A stretch of DNA of 64,000 bases, taken from an uncultured Alphaproteobacteria bacterium (GTDB taxonomy: Bacteria > Pseudomonadota > Alphaproteobacteria > HIMB59 > GCA-002718135). The translations under genes and the position numbers were made by a program. Below, one piece after another: positions 29,820-40,625 of this stretch. The notes under the pieces are model-generated. The model was not told the origin of the DNA, did not search any database, and worked only from the letters and a program-made list of their open reading frames with translations. Numbering within the stretch: position 1 is the stretch's first letter; the number at the start of each line of letters is the position of its first letter. The stretch lies in assembly GCA_902585605.1 (NCBI GenBank), contig CACIED010000003.1, positions 14,881 to 78,880 of the forward strand, written 5' to 3'.

Positions 29820-31328
29820 ATGAAAATTAGAGTTTTATCGAGAAAAAGTGACTTGGCAATAATTCAAGCACGTGAATTTTCCGATTATATGCAATCAAAA
29901 CATCCTTTTGTAGAAATAGAATTTTTAACAAGAAGTACTTCAGGAGATAAAGATCTAAAAACACCTCTATCTGAAATGCCAACTGAGGGAGTTTTTACCA
30001 ATGATTTAAGGGATGAATTAATAAATAATAAATGTGATTTAATTGTTCACTCGTGGAAGGATCTTCCAATTGAAGTTGGTGATAAAACTAAAATAGCTGC
30101 AACATTAAAACGAGCCGACAAAAGAGATATATTATTTTTAAAAAAAAATAAAAAAATGGATAGTAAGAAAATTACTATTCTTTGTTCATCACCAAGAAGA
30201 CAATATAATTTAAAAAATTTTATTGAAAATTATCTTCCACAAAAGTTTGATAAAGTTTGCTTTGAAAATATAAGAGGTAACATACCTACTAGATTTAAAA
30301 AATTTTTGGAAAACCCTGACAGTGATGGTTTTATTGTTGCTAAAGCAGCAATTGATAGATTACTTTTGAATAATTATTCTGAATTCAATGAATTAAAAAT
30401 AACTCTAACAAAATATATTAACGAATGTCTATGGTCTGTTTTACCATTGTCTATAAACCCTTGTTCTCCTGGACAAGGAGCTCTAGCGATTGAAACAAGA
30501 ATTAAAGATAATAAACTTAACGAAATTTTAAATGAAATTAATATTTCCAAAGATTATTCCAATGTTATTCAAGAAAGGAATATTCTAAAAAATTATGGAG
30601 GAGGATGTCACCAAAAAATAGGAGTATCTTATATATCACATAAATTAGGATTAGTCGTATCTAAAAGAGGTGAAGATGAAAAAGGCAATCATTTTGAGAG
30701 CTGGGATTTTATCGATCCAAAAGATATAAGTTTTTCTAGTAATACAACAGATGAAATTTATCCTGAAAATTTAAAAAATTATAAAATATTTTCTAGAAAA
30801 CAATTAAATGAAAATGTTGATGATATAAATAATTTACAAAATAAATGTATTTATGTTTCACGAATTAGCTCAATCCCGGAAAATTCAAATATCCAATCAA
30901 ATAATGTTATTTGGACTAGTGGTTTAAGAACATGGAAAAATTTATCTGAAAGAGGTATTTGGGTTAATGGAACTTCAGATGGTTTGGGTGAGGATTTTGA
31001 TAAAGAAATTAATTCACTTACAAATAATCCTTGGGTTAAGTTAACTCATTCTCAATCTCCTGAAAGTTCGATAAAAAATAAAATTGAAACGTATCAATTG
31101 GAGTCTATTGATTTTGAAATAGATATAGAAAAGAAAAAGTACTTTTATTGGATGAGCAGTTCAGCTTTTAAGGCGAGTATTGATAAATATCCTAAAATTA
31201 TAGAAAAATATCATTTTTGTGGCCCAGGAAATACTTACAACGAGATTAGTAAAATATTAGGTAATGATAAAAATCTTTTTGTTGAGCTATCTTATGATAG
31301 TTGGAAGAAAAAATTACTAAAAGCCTAA
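29820..31328 (+). CDS. hemC: Hydroxymethylbilane synthase with C-terminal HemD-like extension
   Basis: SRKSDLA, VHSWKD, SSPRR, RGNIPTR, PGQGALA, GGCHQ; extra about 200 aa with FYWMSSSAF and CGPGNT. Confidence 0.85.
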   Translation: MKIRVLSRKSDLAIIQAREFSDYMQSKHPFVEIEFLTRSTSGDKDLKTPLSEMPTEGVFTNDLRDELINNKCDLIVHSWKDLPIEVGDKTKIAATLKRADKRDILFLKKNKKMDSKKITILCSSPRRQYNLKNFIENYLPQKFDKVCFENIRGNIPTRFKKFLENPDSDGFIVAKAAIDRLLLNNYSEFNELKITLTKYINECLWSVLPLSINPCSPGQGALAIETRIKDNKLNEILNEINISKDYSNVIQERNILKNYGGGCHQKIGVSYISHKLGLVVSKRGEDEKGNHFESWDFIDPKDISFSSNTTDEIYPENLKNYKIFSRKQLNENVDDINNLQNKCIYVSRISSIPENSNIQSNNVIWTSGLRTWKNLSERGIWVNGTSDGLGEDFDKEINSLTNNPWVKLTHSQSPESSIKNKIETYQLESIDFEIDIEKKKYFYWMSSSAFKASIDKYPKIIEKYHFCGPGNTYNEISKILGNDKNLFVELSYDSWKKKLLKA

Positions 31329-31330
31329 AA

Positions 31331-32329
31331 ATGACAAATATTTTATTCAAAAATGCACTCAAAAGAAATATTCAAAAAACACCACCCATTTGGTTCATGA
31401 GACAGGCTGGAAGGTACCATTCGCATTATCGCAAGCTCAAAGAAAAATATACTTTTGAACAACTTTGTAAAACTCCTGATCTAGCCGCAGAAGTCGCTTT
31501 TGGTCCAATACAAGAGTTTGATTACGATATTGCAATTTTATTTAGTGATATTTTATTTATCTTGGAGGGACTTGGTTTAGATTTAAAGTTTGACCCAGGG
31601 CCTAAATTTAATTCTTTTATAAATTCAAAAAACATTAATGATTATAGTAATATTGATCGTGGAATTGAGCATATGCAATTTCAATTTGAAGCAATAAAAA
31701 TAACAAAAGAGAAATTGCCAAATAATAAAAGTTTAATTGGATTTGTTGGTGGACCTTGGACATTATCAAAATATGCATTTGGAAATAATAACTCTGATTT
31801 AATCGACACTAAAATGAATTTAGAATTTATTTCAAAAATTCTTTTACCCCTTCTAAAGAAAAATATTCAATTACAATTAGATGCAGGTGTTGAACTAGTC
31901 ATGGTTTTCGATAGCTCCTTGTATGATTTAGATAAAATAAATTTTCATGAAATTTATTCCAAATTTTTGGAAGAGATTGCGATTTCTTTTCCAAACAAAG
32001 TTGGCTATTATTCAAGAGGTAAGAGTTTAACTGATCTAAATTCTACCATCAATTATCCCTTTGCTGGTTTTGGTTACGATCACACAATAGATCTTAAATT
32101 TATGTTTGAAAATCAAAAACAAGGATTTATTCAAGGAAATTTCAATGAAAAATTAATGTTAGGTGAAACAGATACATTTCTTAAAGATTTAAAAGATTTT
32201 ATTGAAAAAATGAAATCCATTGAAAATCTTAATGGCTGGATTTGCGGCCTTGGACATGGAATTAACAAAAATACTCCAGAAAAAAATGTTCATTTATTTA
32301 TAGAAAATATCAGAAAAGAATTTAGCTAA
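31331..32329 (+). CDS. hemE: Uroporphyrinogen decarboxylase
   Basis: PIWFMRQAGRY, AILFSDIL, GFVGGPWTL, QGN, LGHGI; ATG 31331. Confidence 0.95.
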   Translation: MTNILFKNALKRNIQKTPPIWFMRQAGRYHSHYRKLKEKYTFEQLCKTPDLAAEVAFGPIQEFDYDIAILFSDILFILEGLGLDLKFDPGPKFNSFINSKNINDYSNIDRGIEHMQFQFEAIKITKEKLPNNKSLIGFVGGPWTLSKYAFGNNNSDLIDTKMNLEFISKILLPLLKKNIQLQLDAGVELVMVFDSSLYDLDKINFHEIYSKFLEEIAISFPNKVGYYSRGKSLTDLNSTINYPFAGFGYDHTIDLKFMFENQKQGFIQGNFNEKLMLGETDTFLKDLKDFIEKMKSIENLNGWICGLGHGINKNTPEKNVHLFIENIRKEFS

Positions 32330-32334
32330 TAGAT

Positions 32335-33360
32335 ATGGTTAAATATATAGGTGAAAAAGATTATGAGCACGGGAGTAAAGAAAAAATTGGTGTTTTAATT
32401 ACTAACCTAGGCACTCCAGATGCTCCAAACAAAAAAGAACTAAAAGTTTATCTTAATCAATTTTTGTCAGACCCTAGAGTAATCGAATTACCTAAAATCT
32501 TATGGCAAATTATATTGAAGCTAGTAATTTTACAAATAAGACCATCAAAGTCAGCAGAAGCATACAAACAAATTTGGACTGATAAGGGTTCTCCACTTTT
32601 AGATATCGCAAAAAGACAACTAAATAAAATCCAATCATCTTTTTCTTCAAAAAATGAAAATATAGTATTTGAAGTTGGGATGCGTTATGGCAATCCATCT
32701 ATTCCAGATGCTTTGTTAAAACTTCAAAAAAAACAAGTAAGAAGATTATTAGTTCTGCCTTTGTATCCGCAATATTGTGCTGCAACAACAGGGAGTACAT
32801 TTGATGAAGTAACAAATGTATTGCAAAAATGGCGTTGGATACCTGAAATGCGTTTTATCAATCAGTACTTTGAAGAAAAAAATTATATTGAAGCTTTGTC
32901 AAATTCAATAAAGTCATTTTGGAAAAAAACTTCAAAACCACAAAAAATTATTTTTAGTTATCATGGTATACCAAAACGGTATTTGACTAATGGTGATCCG
33001 TATCATTGCTTTTGTCTTAAAACCACAAGACTGGTCAAAGAACATATGGGATTATCCGATGATGAGATAATGACTACTTTCCAAAGTAGATTTGGAAGAG
33101 AGGAATGGTTAAAGCCATATACAAGTGAAACATTAAAAGAATTACCAAAACAAGGGATTAAAAATATACATATAATATCTCCTGGTTTCAGTAGTGATTG
33201 TCTTGAAACACTTGAAGAACTTGAAGAAGAAAATAAAGAATATTTTATGGAGTCAGGTGGAGAAAATTATCATTATATACCTTGCTTGAATGATCACGAT
33301 GATCATATAGCCGTTTTTGTAAATCTGATAAAAAAACATACTCAAGGCTGGCCATTATGA
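32335..33360 (+). CDS. hemH: Ferrochelatase
   Basis: NLGTP, MRYGNPS, PLYPQY, SYHGIP, FQSRFG, DCLETLEE. Confidence 0.95.
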   Translation: MVKYIGEKDYEHGSKEKIGVLITNLGTPDAPNKKELKVYLNQFLSDPRVIELPKILWQIILKLVILQIRPSKSAEAYKQIWTDKGSPLLDIAKRQLNKIQSSFSSKNENIVFEVGMRYGNPSIPDALLKLQKKQVRRLLVLPLYPQYCAATTGSTFDEVTNVLQKWRWIPEMRFINQYFEEKNYIEALSNSIKSFWKKTSKPQKIIFSYHGIPKRYLTNGDPYHCFCLKTTRLVKEHMGLSDDEIMTTFQSRFGREEWLKPYTSETLKELPKQGIKNIHIISPGFSSDCLETLEELEEENKEYFMESGGENYHYIPCLNDHDDHIAVFVNLIKKHTQGWPL

Positions 33361-34167
33361 TTGCTGATCCCAAATTTAATACTGCAAAAGAATGGTTTGA
33401 AAAATTACGAGATAACTTAGTTGAAACTATTCAAAACATTGATGAAAATCAATTTGAAATAAGTAACTGGGATCACAAAGGTGATGGTGGTGGTAAAATG
33501 AGTAAAATTAAGGGTAATATTATTGAAAAAGGTGGAGTAAATATTTCTACCGTCTCTGGGACATTTAACGAAAATATGAGAGATGCTATTCCGGGTGCTA
33601 AAGAAGATCCAAATTATAATGCAACCGGCATCAGTGTTGTATTACATCCAGTTTCACCTAAAATTCCTTCTATGCATTTTAATACAAGATTTATTAAAAC
33701 CGCTCAGGAATGGTTTGGTGGAGGCATGGATATTACACCTTGTGTAATATTTGAGGATGAGAAAAAATATCATCGTGGTTTAGAAGTTTTGTGTAATAAA
33801 TATGATAAATCATATTATCCTAAATTTAAAAAAATGGTGTGATGACTATTTTTTTCTTAAACATAGAAACGAACCAAGAGGTGTTGGAGGAATATTTTTT
33901 GATTACCTTCAAACTGGCGATTGGGGAAAAGATTTTGAATTTGTCCAAGGCGTAGGTACTTATTTTCATCAGTTTATCAAAAATACTTTAATTGCACTTA
34001 AGGATGAGGAGTGGAATGAAGAGGAAAAAAAATTACAATTAGTTAAGCGTAGTCGCTATGCTGAATTTAACTTATTATATGATAGAGGTACAAAATTTGG
34101 TCTAGAGACTGGTGGGAATGTTGATGCTATATTAATGTCAATGCCTCCTCACGCGGTTTGGGAATAA
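33357..34167 (+). CDS. hemF: Oxygen-dependent coproporphyrinogen III oxidase, split by an apparent +1 frameshift
   Basis: EKGGVN, HFNTR, WFGGGMD in the first frame; WCDDYF, RGVGGIFFD, EFNLLYDRGTKFGL in the second; removing one A from A7 at 33828-33834 gives YPKFKKWCD. Confidence 0.9.
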
Positions 34168-34170
34168 ATA

Positions 34171-34590
34171 ATGTTATTTAATACTCTGAAAGTTATTCAT
34201 ATTTTTAGTATCATAGCTTGGATGGCTGGACTTTTATATCTGCCACGTTTGTTTGTAAATCATGCTAATCCTGAAATTACAAAAGAAACCTCAGAAACAT
34301 TCAAACTAATGGAAGGAAAATTGTACAGAATAATTATGTTTCCAGCTTTTATAGTGACGTGGATATCAGGTTTTACACTTACACATTATGTAGGTATTGA
34401 TACTTGGTTGGTTTTAAAAATTTTATTTGTAATTTTATTATCTGTCTATCATTTTTTTTGTTTAAAATGTCTTAATGATTTTAAAAATGATAAAAATAAA
34501 TATTCAACTAAGTTTTTTAGAATTACAAATGAAGTGCCAGCAGTAATATTGATTTTTATACTTATACTTGTTGTATTTCAGCCTTTTTAA
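34171..34590 (+). CDS. hemJ: Protoporphyrinogen oxidase HemJ
   Basis: HIFSIIAWMAGLLYLPRLFV, FRITNEVP. Confidence 0.9.
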   Translation: MLFNTLKVIHIFSIIAWMAGLLYLPRLFVNHANPEITKETSETFKLMEGKLYRIIMFPAFIVTWISGFTLTHYVGIDTWLVLKILFVILLSVYHFFCLKCLNDFKNDKNKYSTKFFRITNEVPAVILIFILILVVFQPF

Positions 34591-34593
34591 TTA

Positions 34594-35244
34594 CTACTTT
34601 TTTGTTTTAATAGGTGTTTTTCTCTTTGGATTACAAACCTTGCATATTTCACACTCCAAACCATAACAACTTCTTGCCTGACAAAACTCTCTTCCATAAA
34701 ATATTATTTGTAAATGAAGTTTGTTCCAAGATTTTTTTGGAAAAAGATATTTTAAATCTTTTTCTGTTTGGACAACATTTTTACCATTTGTTAAACCCCA
34801 ACGTTGAGCTAAACGATGAATGTGCGTATCAACCGGAAATGCTGGATGACCAAATCCTTGAGACATAACAACACTAGCTGTTTTGTGACCAACACCTGGT
34901 AACTTTTCTAATTCCTCAAAACTTTCTGGAACATTGCCTTTAAATTTTTTTACAAGAATTCTTGATAGTTCAAAAATTGCTTTTGATTTTTGAGGTGCTA
35001 AACCACAAGGACGAATAATATTATAAATTGTTTTTTTTGGTACTTTTGTCATTTTTATAGCTGTGTTTGCTTTTTTAAATAGTATTGGTGTAACTTGATT
35101 AACCCTTTCATCTGTACATTGAGCACTAAGAAGTACAGCTACAACTAATTCAAATTTATTTTTGTGGTTAAGAGGAATAGGTACTTTTCTGTATATACGG
35201 TTTAGTATTCTAGAGATCTCTTGTGCCTTCTCTATCTTTTTCAC
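34594..35244 (-). CDS. nth: Endonuclease III
   Basis: LSAQCTD, HhH LPGVGHKTA, VDTH, C-terminal 4-Cys FeS motif; GTG start with GGAGGAG RBS. Confidence 0.95.
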   Translation of the reverse strand: MKKIEKAQEISRILNRIYRKVPIPLNHKNKFELVVAVLLSAQCTDERVNQVTPILFKKANTAIKMTKVPKKTIYNIIRPCGLAPQKSKAIFELSRILVKKFKGNVPESFEELEKLPGVGHKTASVVMSQGFGHPAFPVDTHIHRLAQRWGLTNGKNVVQTEKDLKYLFPKKSWNKLHLQIIFYGREFCQARSCYGLECEICKVCNPKRKTPIKTKK

Positions 35245-35386
35245 TATATCGAGTCTCCTCCAAGGTTTATGTCTAAATTAATACTAATAATTATGACAAA
35301 ATATAGCACTTATTAATACTAATAATATTGAATATTTCCATTGAAGTAGTATGGATCTACCATCAAATTTCTATGGAGGAAATAAT

Positions 35387-36961
35387 ATGAAAAAAACTTT
35401 AAGCATTGTTTTGTCTTTGCTTTTCATGGGTATTTTCTCACCGGCATTCGCAAACACTATTAAATGGTCAATGCCTGGTGACTCTTTAACTCTTGATCCG
35501 CACGCACAAAACGAAGGACCAACTCACATGGTTTCGCGTCAAGTATATGAAGGTTTAGTAACTCCAGGTATTAATATGGAAATACTACCTCAGCTTGCTG
35601 AGTCATGGAAAACAACTGCTGATGACACTTGGATATTTACAATTCGTAAGGGTGTAAAATTTCATGATGGATCAGATTTAACAGCTAGTGATATTGCTTT
35701 TAGTATCAATAGAGCAAAAACCGCTCCGTCTGATATGGTAGATTTAATTAAAAGTATTAAATCAGCATCAGCATTAACTGATCACACAGTTCAGATTGTA
35801 ACAGATGGACCAAATCCAATTCTTTTAAATCAATTAACTCAGATATTTGTTATGTCTGAAGATTGGGCAAAAGCAAATGGTTGTGAAGTTTCATACAACT
35901 GGGATGCAGGTGAAACATCTTATTGTGCTTCTAATGCAAACGGAACTGGACCTTTCAAAATCACTTTTAGAGAACAGGACGTAAGAACTGTTTTTGAAAA
36001 AAATAATGATTGGTGGGGTGATGATAGTACTTTTAATGTAGATACTATTGAACTACTTCCAATTGCAAATGATGCAACAAGAGTTGCTGCACTTCTATCA
36101 GGAGAAATTGACTACACAAACGTTGTTCCAGTACAAGATATTGAGAGAATCAAATCTTCTGCTGCACATGGTGTAAAAATGACTCCTCAAAATAGAACAA
36201 TATTTTTTGGAATGGATCAAGGTTCTGCTGAATTAAATTCATCTAATATAAAAGGTAAAAATCCTTTTGCAGATAAAAGAGTTCGTTTAGCTATGTACCA
36301 TGCGTTAGATATGGAAGCTATTAAGGATAAGGTAATGAGAGGACAAAGTGTTCCTGCAGGAATTATCACTGCTCCTGGTGTAAACGGTCATACAGCTGCA
36401 CGTGACGAAAGATTACCTTATGATCCAGAGCTTTCAAAAAAACTATTAGCAGAAGCTGGTTATCCAGATGGATTTGAGGTTACGCTAGATTGTCCAAATG
36501 ATCGTTATATCAACGATGAAGCAATCTGTGTTGCTGCTATTGGTATGTTTGCTAAAATTGGAGTTGATGTAACTCTTGATGCAAAAACTAAAAGTCAACA
36601 CTTCTCAGAAGTTAAAGAAGGTGACGCAAATGGTATGACAAGTGACATGTACATGTTAGGTTGGGGAGTTCCAACTTTTGACAGTCATTACGTATACTCA
36701 TACTTATTTGATAGTGCTGGTAGCTGGAATAAAGTTAATTTCAGCAATGCTAGAGTTGATGAGTTAGTAGCAGCAATGGGTGTTGAAACTGATCAAGATA
36801 AAAGAAATGCTATGATTGCTGAAGCTTGGGATATTACTCAAGATGACGTAACATATCTTCCTTTACATCACCAAGTTGTTAACCAAGCATCAAAAAGTAA
36901 TGTCGATGTTCCAATTAGAATGAACAACGAACCATTATTTAGATTTGCAAACGTAAACTAA
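35387..36961 (+). CDS. ABC transporter substrate-binding protein, family 5 (peptide/nickel)
   Basis: GGAGG RBS before ATG 35387; signal peptide; TLDPH, GVKFHDG, GTGPF. Confidence 0.9.
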   Translation: MKKTLSIVLSLLFMGIFSPAFANTIKWSMPGDSLTLDPHAQNEGPTHMVSRQVYEGLVTPGINMEILPQLAESWKTTADDTWIFTIRKGVKFHDGSDLTASDIAFSINRAKTAPSDMVDLIKSIKSASALTDHTVQIVTDGPNPILLNQLTQIFVMSEDWAKANGCEVSYNWDAGETSYCASNANGTGPFKITFREQDVRTVFEKNNDWWGDDSTFNVDTIELLPIANDATRVAALLSGEIDYTNVVPVQDIERIKSSAAHGVKMTPQNRTIFFGMDQGSAELNSSNIKGKNPFADKRVRLAMYHALDMEAIKDKVMRGQSVPAGIITAPGVNGHTAARDERLPYDPELSKKLLAEAGYPDGFEVTLDCPNDRYINDEAICVAAIGMFAKIGVDVTLDAKTKSQHFSEVKEGDANGMTSDMYMLGWGVPTFDSHYVYSYLFDSAGSWNKVNFSNARVDELVAAMGVETDQDKRNAMIAEAWDITQDDVTYLPLHHQVVNQASKSNVDVPIRMNNEPLFRFANVN

Positions 36962-36973
36962 TAAATTTTGTAT

Positions 36974-36999
36974 TTTCTGGCCAGTAATCTGGCCAGAAA
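36974..36999 (+). terminator. Stem-loop after the SBP gene
   Basis: Perfect 11-bp inverted repeat TTTCTGGCCAG-taat-CTGGCCAGAAA. Confidence 0.75.
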
Positions 37000-37006
37000 T
37001 TAAACC

Positions 37007-37984
37007 ATGTTTAGCTATTTCTTTAAAAGACTCTTTCAATCTATTCTTGTAATGATTGTTGTCGCCTTTGTTTCATTTTCCTTATTTAATTTTGTTGGTG
37101 ATCCGGTAAATAGTATGACTGGAGAAGATGCTTCAGATGAAAGACGTGCTGAGGTTAGAGAAGTATTGGGTTTAAATGATCCTGTTTACATCCAATTTTC
37201 ACGTTTTATTGGCAATGTAATTCAAGGTGATTTTGGAATATCATACCAATTAAAAAGAGAAGTTTCAGACTTAATTGCAGAAAGAATGCCTGCTACTTTA
37301 GAGTTAGTATTTGTATCTGCTTTAATTGCAATTATCAGTGGTGTGATCTTGGGTGTATATACTGGTATTCATAGAGACAGTTATATTTCTAATATTATTC
37401 TTGTGATTTCTCTAGCAGGGGTTTCCTTACCAACATTCATTATAGGAATAATGTTAATTTATTTGTTCTCAGTAATTTTAGGAGTTCTACCATCTTTTGG
37501 AAGAGGTGAAGTTACACAATTAGGTTTTTGGACTACAGGATTTTTAACTACTTCAGGATTAAAAGCACTAATACTTCCATCTGTTACGTTAAGTTTATTT
37601 CAAATGACTTATGTTATTAGATTAGTTCGCGCAGAAATGATGGAAATTTTACAAACAGATTATATTAAATTTGCAAAAGCAAGAGGGATAAAAAGGAGTG
37701 CTATTAACTATAAGCATGCCTTAAAAAATGGATTAATTCCAGTTATTACTATTACAGGTATAAACATTGGAACTTTAATTGCTTTTTCAATTATTACGGA
37801 AACAGTTTTTCAATGGCCAGGCATGGGGTCATTGTTTATCAAAGCAGTATACTTTGTCGATATTCCAATTATGTCAGCATACATGATTATGGTAGCCTTT
37901 ATATTTGTTATGATAAATTTTATTGTAGATATCACATACTATTTTATTGATCCTAGAATTAGGCTTAAGGAAGAGGGTAGTTAG
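37007..37984 (+). CDS. Peptide ABC permease (DppB-like)
   Basis: GDFGIS, AKARG EAA loop, ETVFQWPG, DPRI. Confidence 0.9.
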   Translation: MFSYFFKRLFQSILVMIVVAFVSFSLFNFVGDPVNSMTGEDASDERRAEVREVLGLNDPVYIQFSRFIGNVIQGDFGISYQLKREVSDLIAERMPATLELVFVSALIAIISGVILGVYTGIHRDSYISNIILVISLAGVSLPTFIIGIMLIYLFSVILGVLPSFGRGEVTQLGFWTTGFLTTSGLKALILPSVTLSLFQMTYVIRLVRAEMMEILQTDYIKFAKARGIKRSAINYKHALKNGLIPVITITGINIGTLIAFSIITETVFQWPGMGSLFIKAVYFVDIPIMSAYMIMVAFIFVMINFIVDITYYFIDPRIRLKEEGS

Positions 37985-37986
37985 AA

Positions 37987-38910
37987 ATGCTACTTAAAAC
38001 ATATAATAAAATATATGATACTGATATTGGATACAGTTTCTTTAATTCTAAATTAGCAGTAATTTCTTCAACAATATTTTTTATTATACTTTTTTGTTCT
38101 GTTTTTGCCGGGTTAGTTGCTCCTTATAACCCTTTTGACCCAGCATCAGTTTCTTTAATGGATGCCTTTACCCCACCAGTATGGTCGGAGGGAGGAAGTT
38201 TTAGCTTTATTTTAGGTACTGATCAGCAGGGAAGAGATATGTTTTCAACAATGATTTATGGTTCAAGAATTTCTCTTATTGTTGGTTTTGCATCTATAAT
38301 TTTTGCTATGATACTTGGAGTATTCCTTGGAATAACAGCTGGATATATTGGTGGTAGATACGAGATTGTTGTAATGCGCCTTACAGATGTACAGTTAACT
38401 ATTCCTAGTATTTTAATGGCTTTACTTGTTGATGGAATTGCAAGGGCAATTATCTCACAATCAATGCATGATGAAATGGCAATTTATGTTTTGATTTTTG
38501 CAATTGGTATTTCTGAATGGCCTCAGTTTGCAAGAGTATCAAGAGCATCAACTCTAGTAGAAAAAAATAAAGAGTATGTTTCAGCTTCAAGAATTATTGG
38601 ACTATCAAATATTCTAATTATGTTTAAACACATATTACCAAATATTCTTAGACCTATATTAGTGATTGCTACAATTGGATTAGCACTTGCAATTATTACA
38701 GAGTCTACTCTAAGTTTTTTAGGCGTTGGCGTTCCACCAACAACACCCTCACTTGGTACTCTAATAAGATTCGGAAATAATTTTTTATTTTCAGGAGAAT
38801 GGTGGATTACTTTTTTTCCAGCAATTTTCTTAATTGTTCTGGCTTTATCAATTAACTTGTTAGGGGATTGGATGAGAGATGCTCTAAATCCAAAATTAAA
38901 AAAGAGATGA
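37987..38910 (+). CDS. Peptide ABC permease (DppC-like)
   Basis: LGTDQQGRD, HILPN, LSFLG, NLLGD. Confidence 0.9.
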   Translation: MLLKTYNKIYDTDIGYSFFNSKLAVISSTIFFIILFCSVFAGLVAPYNPFDPASVSLMDAFTPPVWSEGGSFSFILGTDQQGRDMFSTMIYGSRISLIVGFASIIFAMILGVFLGITAGYIGGRYEIVVMRLTDVQLTIPSILMALLVDGIARAIISQSMHDEMAIYVLIFAIGISEWPQFARVSRASTLVEKNKEYVSASRIIGLSNILIMFKHILPNILRPILVIATIGLALAIITESTLSFLGVGVPPTTPSLGTLIRFGNNFLFSGEWWITFFPAIFLIVLALSINLLGDWMRDALNPKLKKR

Positions 38911-40625
38911 GTTTTTTAGCAGTTAAAGATTTAAACATTAGTTATCCAACACGAAAGGAAACTATAGTTGCAAGTAAAAATGTAGAGTTTTATCTGGAGA
39001 GAGGGCAAATATTAGGAATTGTTGGTGAATCAGGATCTGGAAAATCTACAATTGCAAATGCGATAATTAACTTGATTGATCCTCCAGGTGAAATAACAGA
39101 TGGCTCAATAAAAATAGACAATATTGAATTGAGAGGTAACGAAGAGATAATTCAAAACATTAGAGGAAAAAAAATAGGATTTGTTTTTCAAGACCCTCAA
39201 ACTTCATTAAACCCTCTATTTAAAATAAAAGATCAATTAATCGAAACTATTCAGGCACATTTGAATTTAAGTTATCAAGATTCACTTACAAAATCAATTC
39301 AATTACTTAAAGAGGTTGGAATAGAGAATGCTGAAAAAAGAATTGAGGACTATCCACACCAATTTAGTGGAGGTATGCGTCAAAGAGTTGTGATAGCTTT
39401 AGCAATAAGTTGTGAACCTGACTTAATTATTGCAGATGAACCAACAACAGCTTTAGATGTAAGTATTCAATACCAAATATTAGAACTTCTTAAGGATCTC
39501 ACAAAGAAAAGAAATCTTGGTGTTATAATAATAACACATGACATGGGAGTAATAGCAGAAACTACTGATAAAGTTATTGTAATGCGATATGGACATATTG
39601 TAGAGCAAGGTGAAACTAAAGAATTGCTAACAAATCCAAAATCTACTGAAGCAAAAAGTTTAGTAATTTCAGTACCTCCTACTAATAAAAAAATTGATAG
39701 ATTTAAATTGATTAGCCCTGATGGAAAAGAAATTAAATCAAATTCTATAAATCTCACAAAAAATATTATTAAAACTTGGGGTGTAAGAGAAAATAAAAAC
39801 CAAAAACTATTAGAACTTAAAGATGTTACTAAAATATTTGATGATCAATCTTTAGGAAGTATTTTTCCATTTGGTTCTAGAAAAAAAATTGATGATCAAA
39901 TTGTCAAAGCAGTGGATAATGTATCTTTTGATCTTATTGAAGGCGAAACACTTGGATTGGTAGGTGAATCCGGCTCTGGTAAATCAACTATCGCAAAAAT
40001 CATTACAGGATTAGTTAATCCAAATAATGGATATATTAAATACAATAACGAGTCATTGTATAACTCGAATAACAAATATCAAATTCACAAAAGCAGAGGA
40101 CAAATTCAAATGATTTTTCAAGACCCTTATTCTTCTTTAAACCCAAGATTTAAGGTTAGAGATATAATTTCTGAACCAATAAAATTTTTTCAAAAAAATA
40201 TTAATAATAATGAACTAACAGAAAATATTCATGATTTAATTGATATTGTTGGCATGACACGACAATCTCTAGATCGATATCCACACGAGTTTTCTGGCGG
40301 ACAGAGACAAAGAATATCAATAGCTAGAGCTCTGGCGACAAGACCTCGTTTATTAATTTGTGATGAGCCCACTTCAGCTTTAGATGTTAGTATTCAAGCT
40401 CAAATTTTGAATTTATTGAAAGATATTCAAGATGAACTCCATCTAACAATGTTGTTTATAAGTCACGATCTTCCAGTAATACGTCAAATGTGTAATAGAA
40501 TTGTTGTTCTTAAAAATGGGTTAGTATGTGAAAGTAATGAAACTGAAAGTTTGTTTAATAATCCTCAACACGATTATACAAAACAATTAATTAAGTTAAT
40601 GCCAAAAATAGAATCACTTATTTAG
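38907..40625 (+). CDS. Peptide ABC ATP-binding protein (fused double domain)
   Basis: Two GESGSGKS Walker A motifs and two SGG signatures; ATGA overlap at 38907. Confidence 0.9.
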   Translation: MSFLAVKDLNISYPTRKETIVASKNVEFYLERGQILGIVGESGSGKSTIANAIINLIDPPGEITDGSIKIDNIELRGNEEIIQNIRGKKIGFVFQDPQTSLNPLFKIKDQLIETIQAHLNLSYQDSLTKSIQLLKEVGIENAEKRIEDYPHQFSGGMRQRVVIALAISCEPDLIIADEPTTALDVSIQYQILELLKDLTKKRNLGVIIITHDMGVIAETTDKVIVMRYGHIVEQGETKELLTNPKSTEAKSLVISVPPTNKKIDRFKLISPDGKEIKSNSINLTKNIIKTWGVRENKNQKLLELKDVTKIFDDQSLGSIFPFGSRKKIDDQIVKAVDNVSFDLIEGETLGLVGESGSGKSTIAKIITGLVNPNNGYIKYNNESLYNSNNKYQIHKSRGQIQMIFQDPYSSLNPRFKVRDIISEPIKFFQKNINNNELTENIHDLIDIVGMTRQSLDRYPHEFSGGQRQRISIARALATRPRLLICDEPTSALDVSIQAQILNLLKDIQDELHLTMLFISHDLPVIRQMCNRIVVLKNGLVCESNETESLFNNPQHDYTKQLIKLMPKIESLI

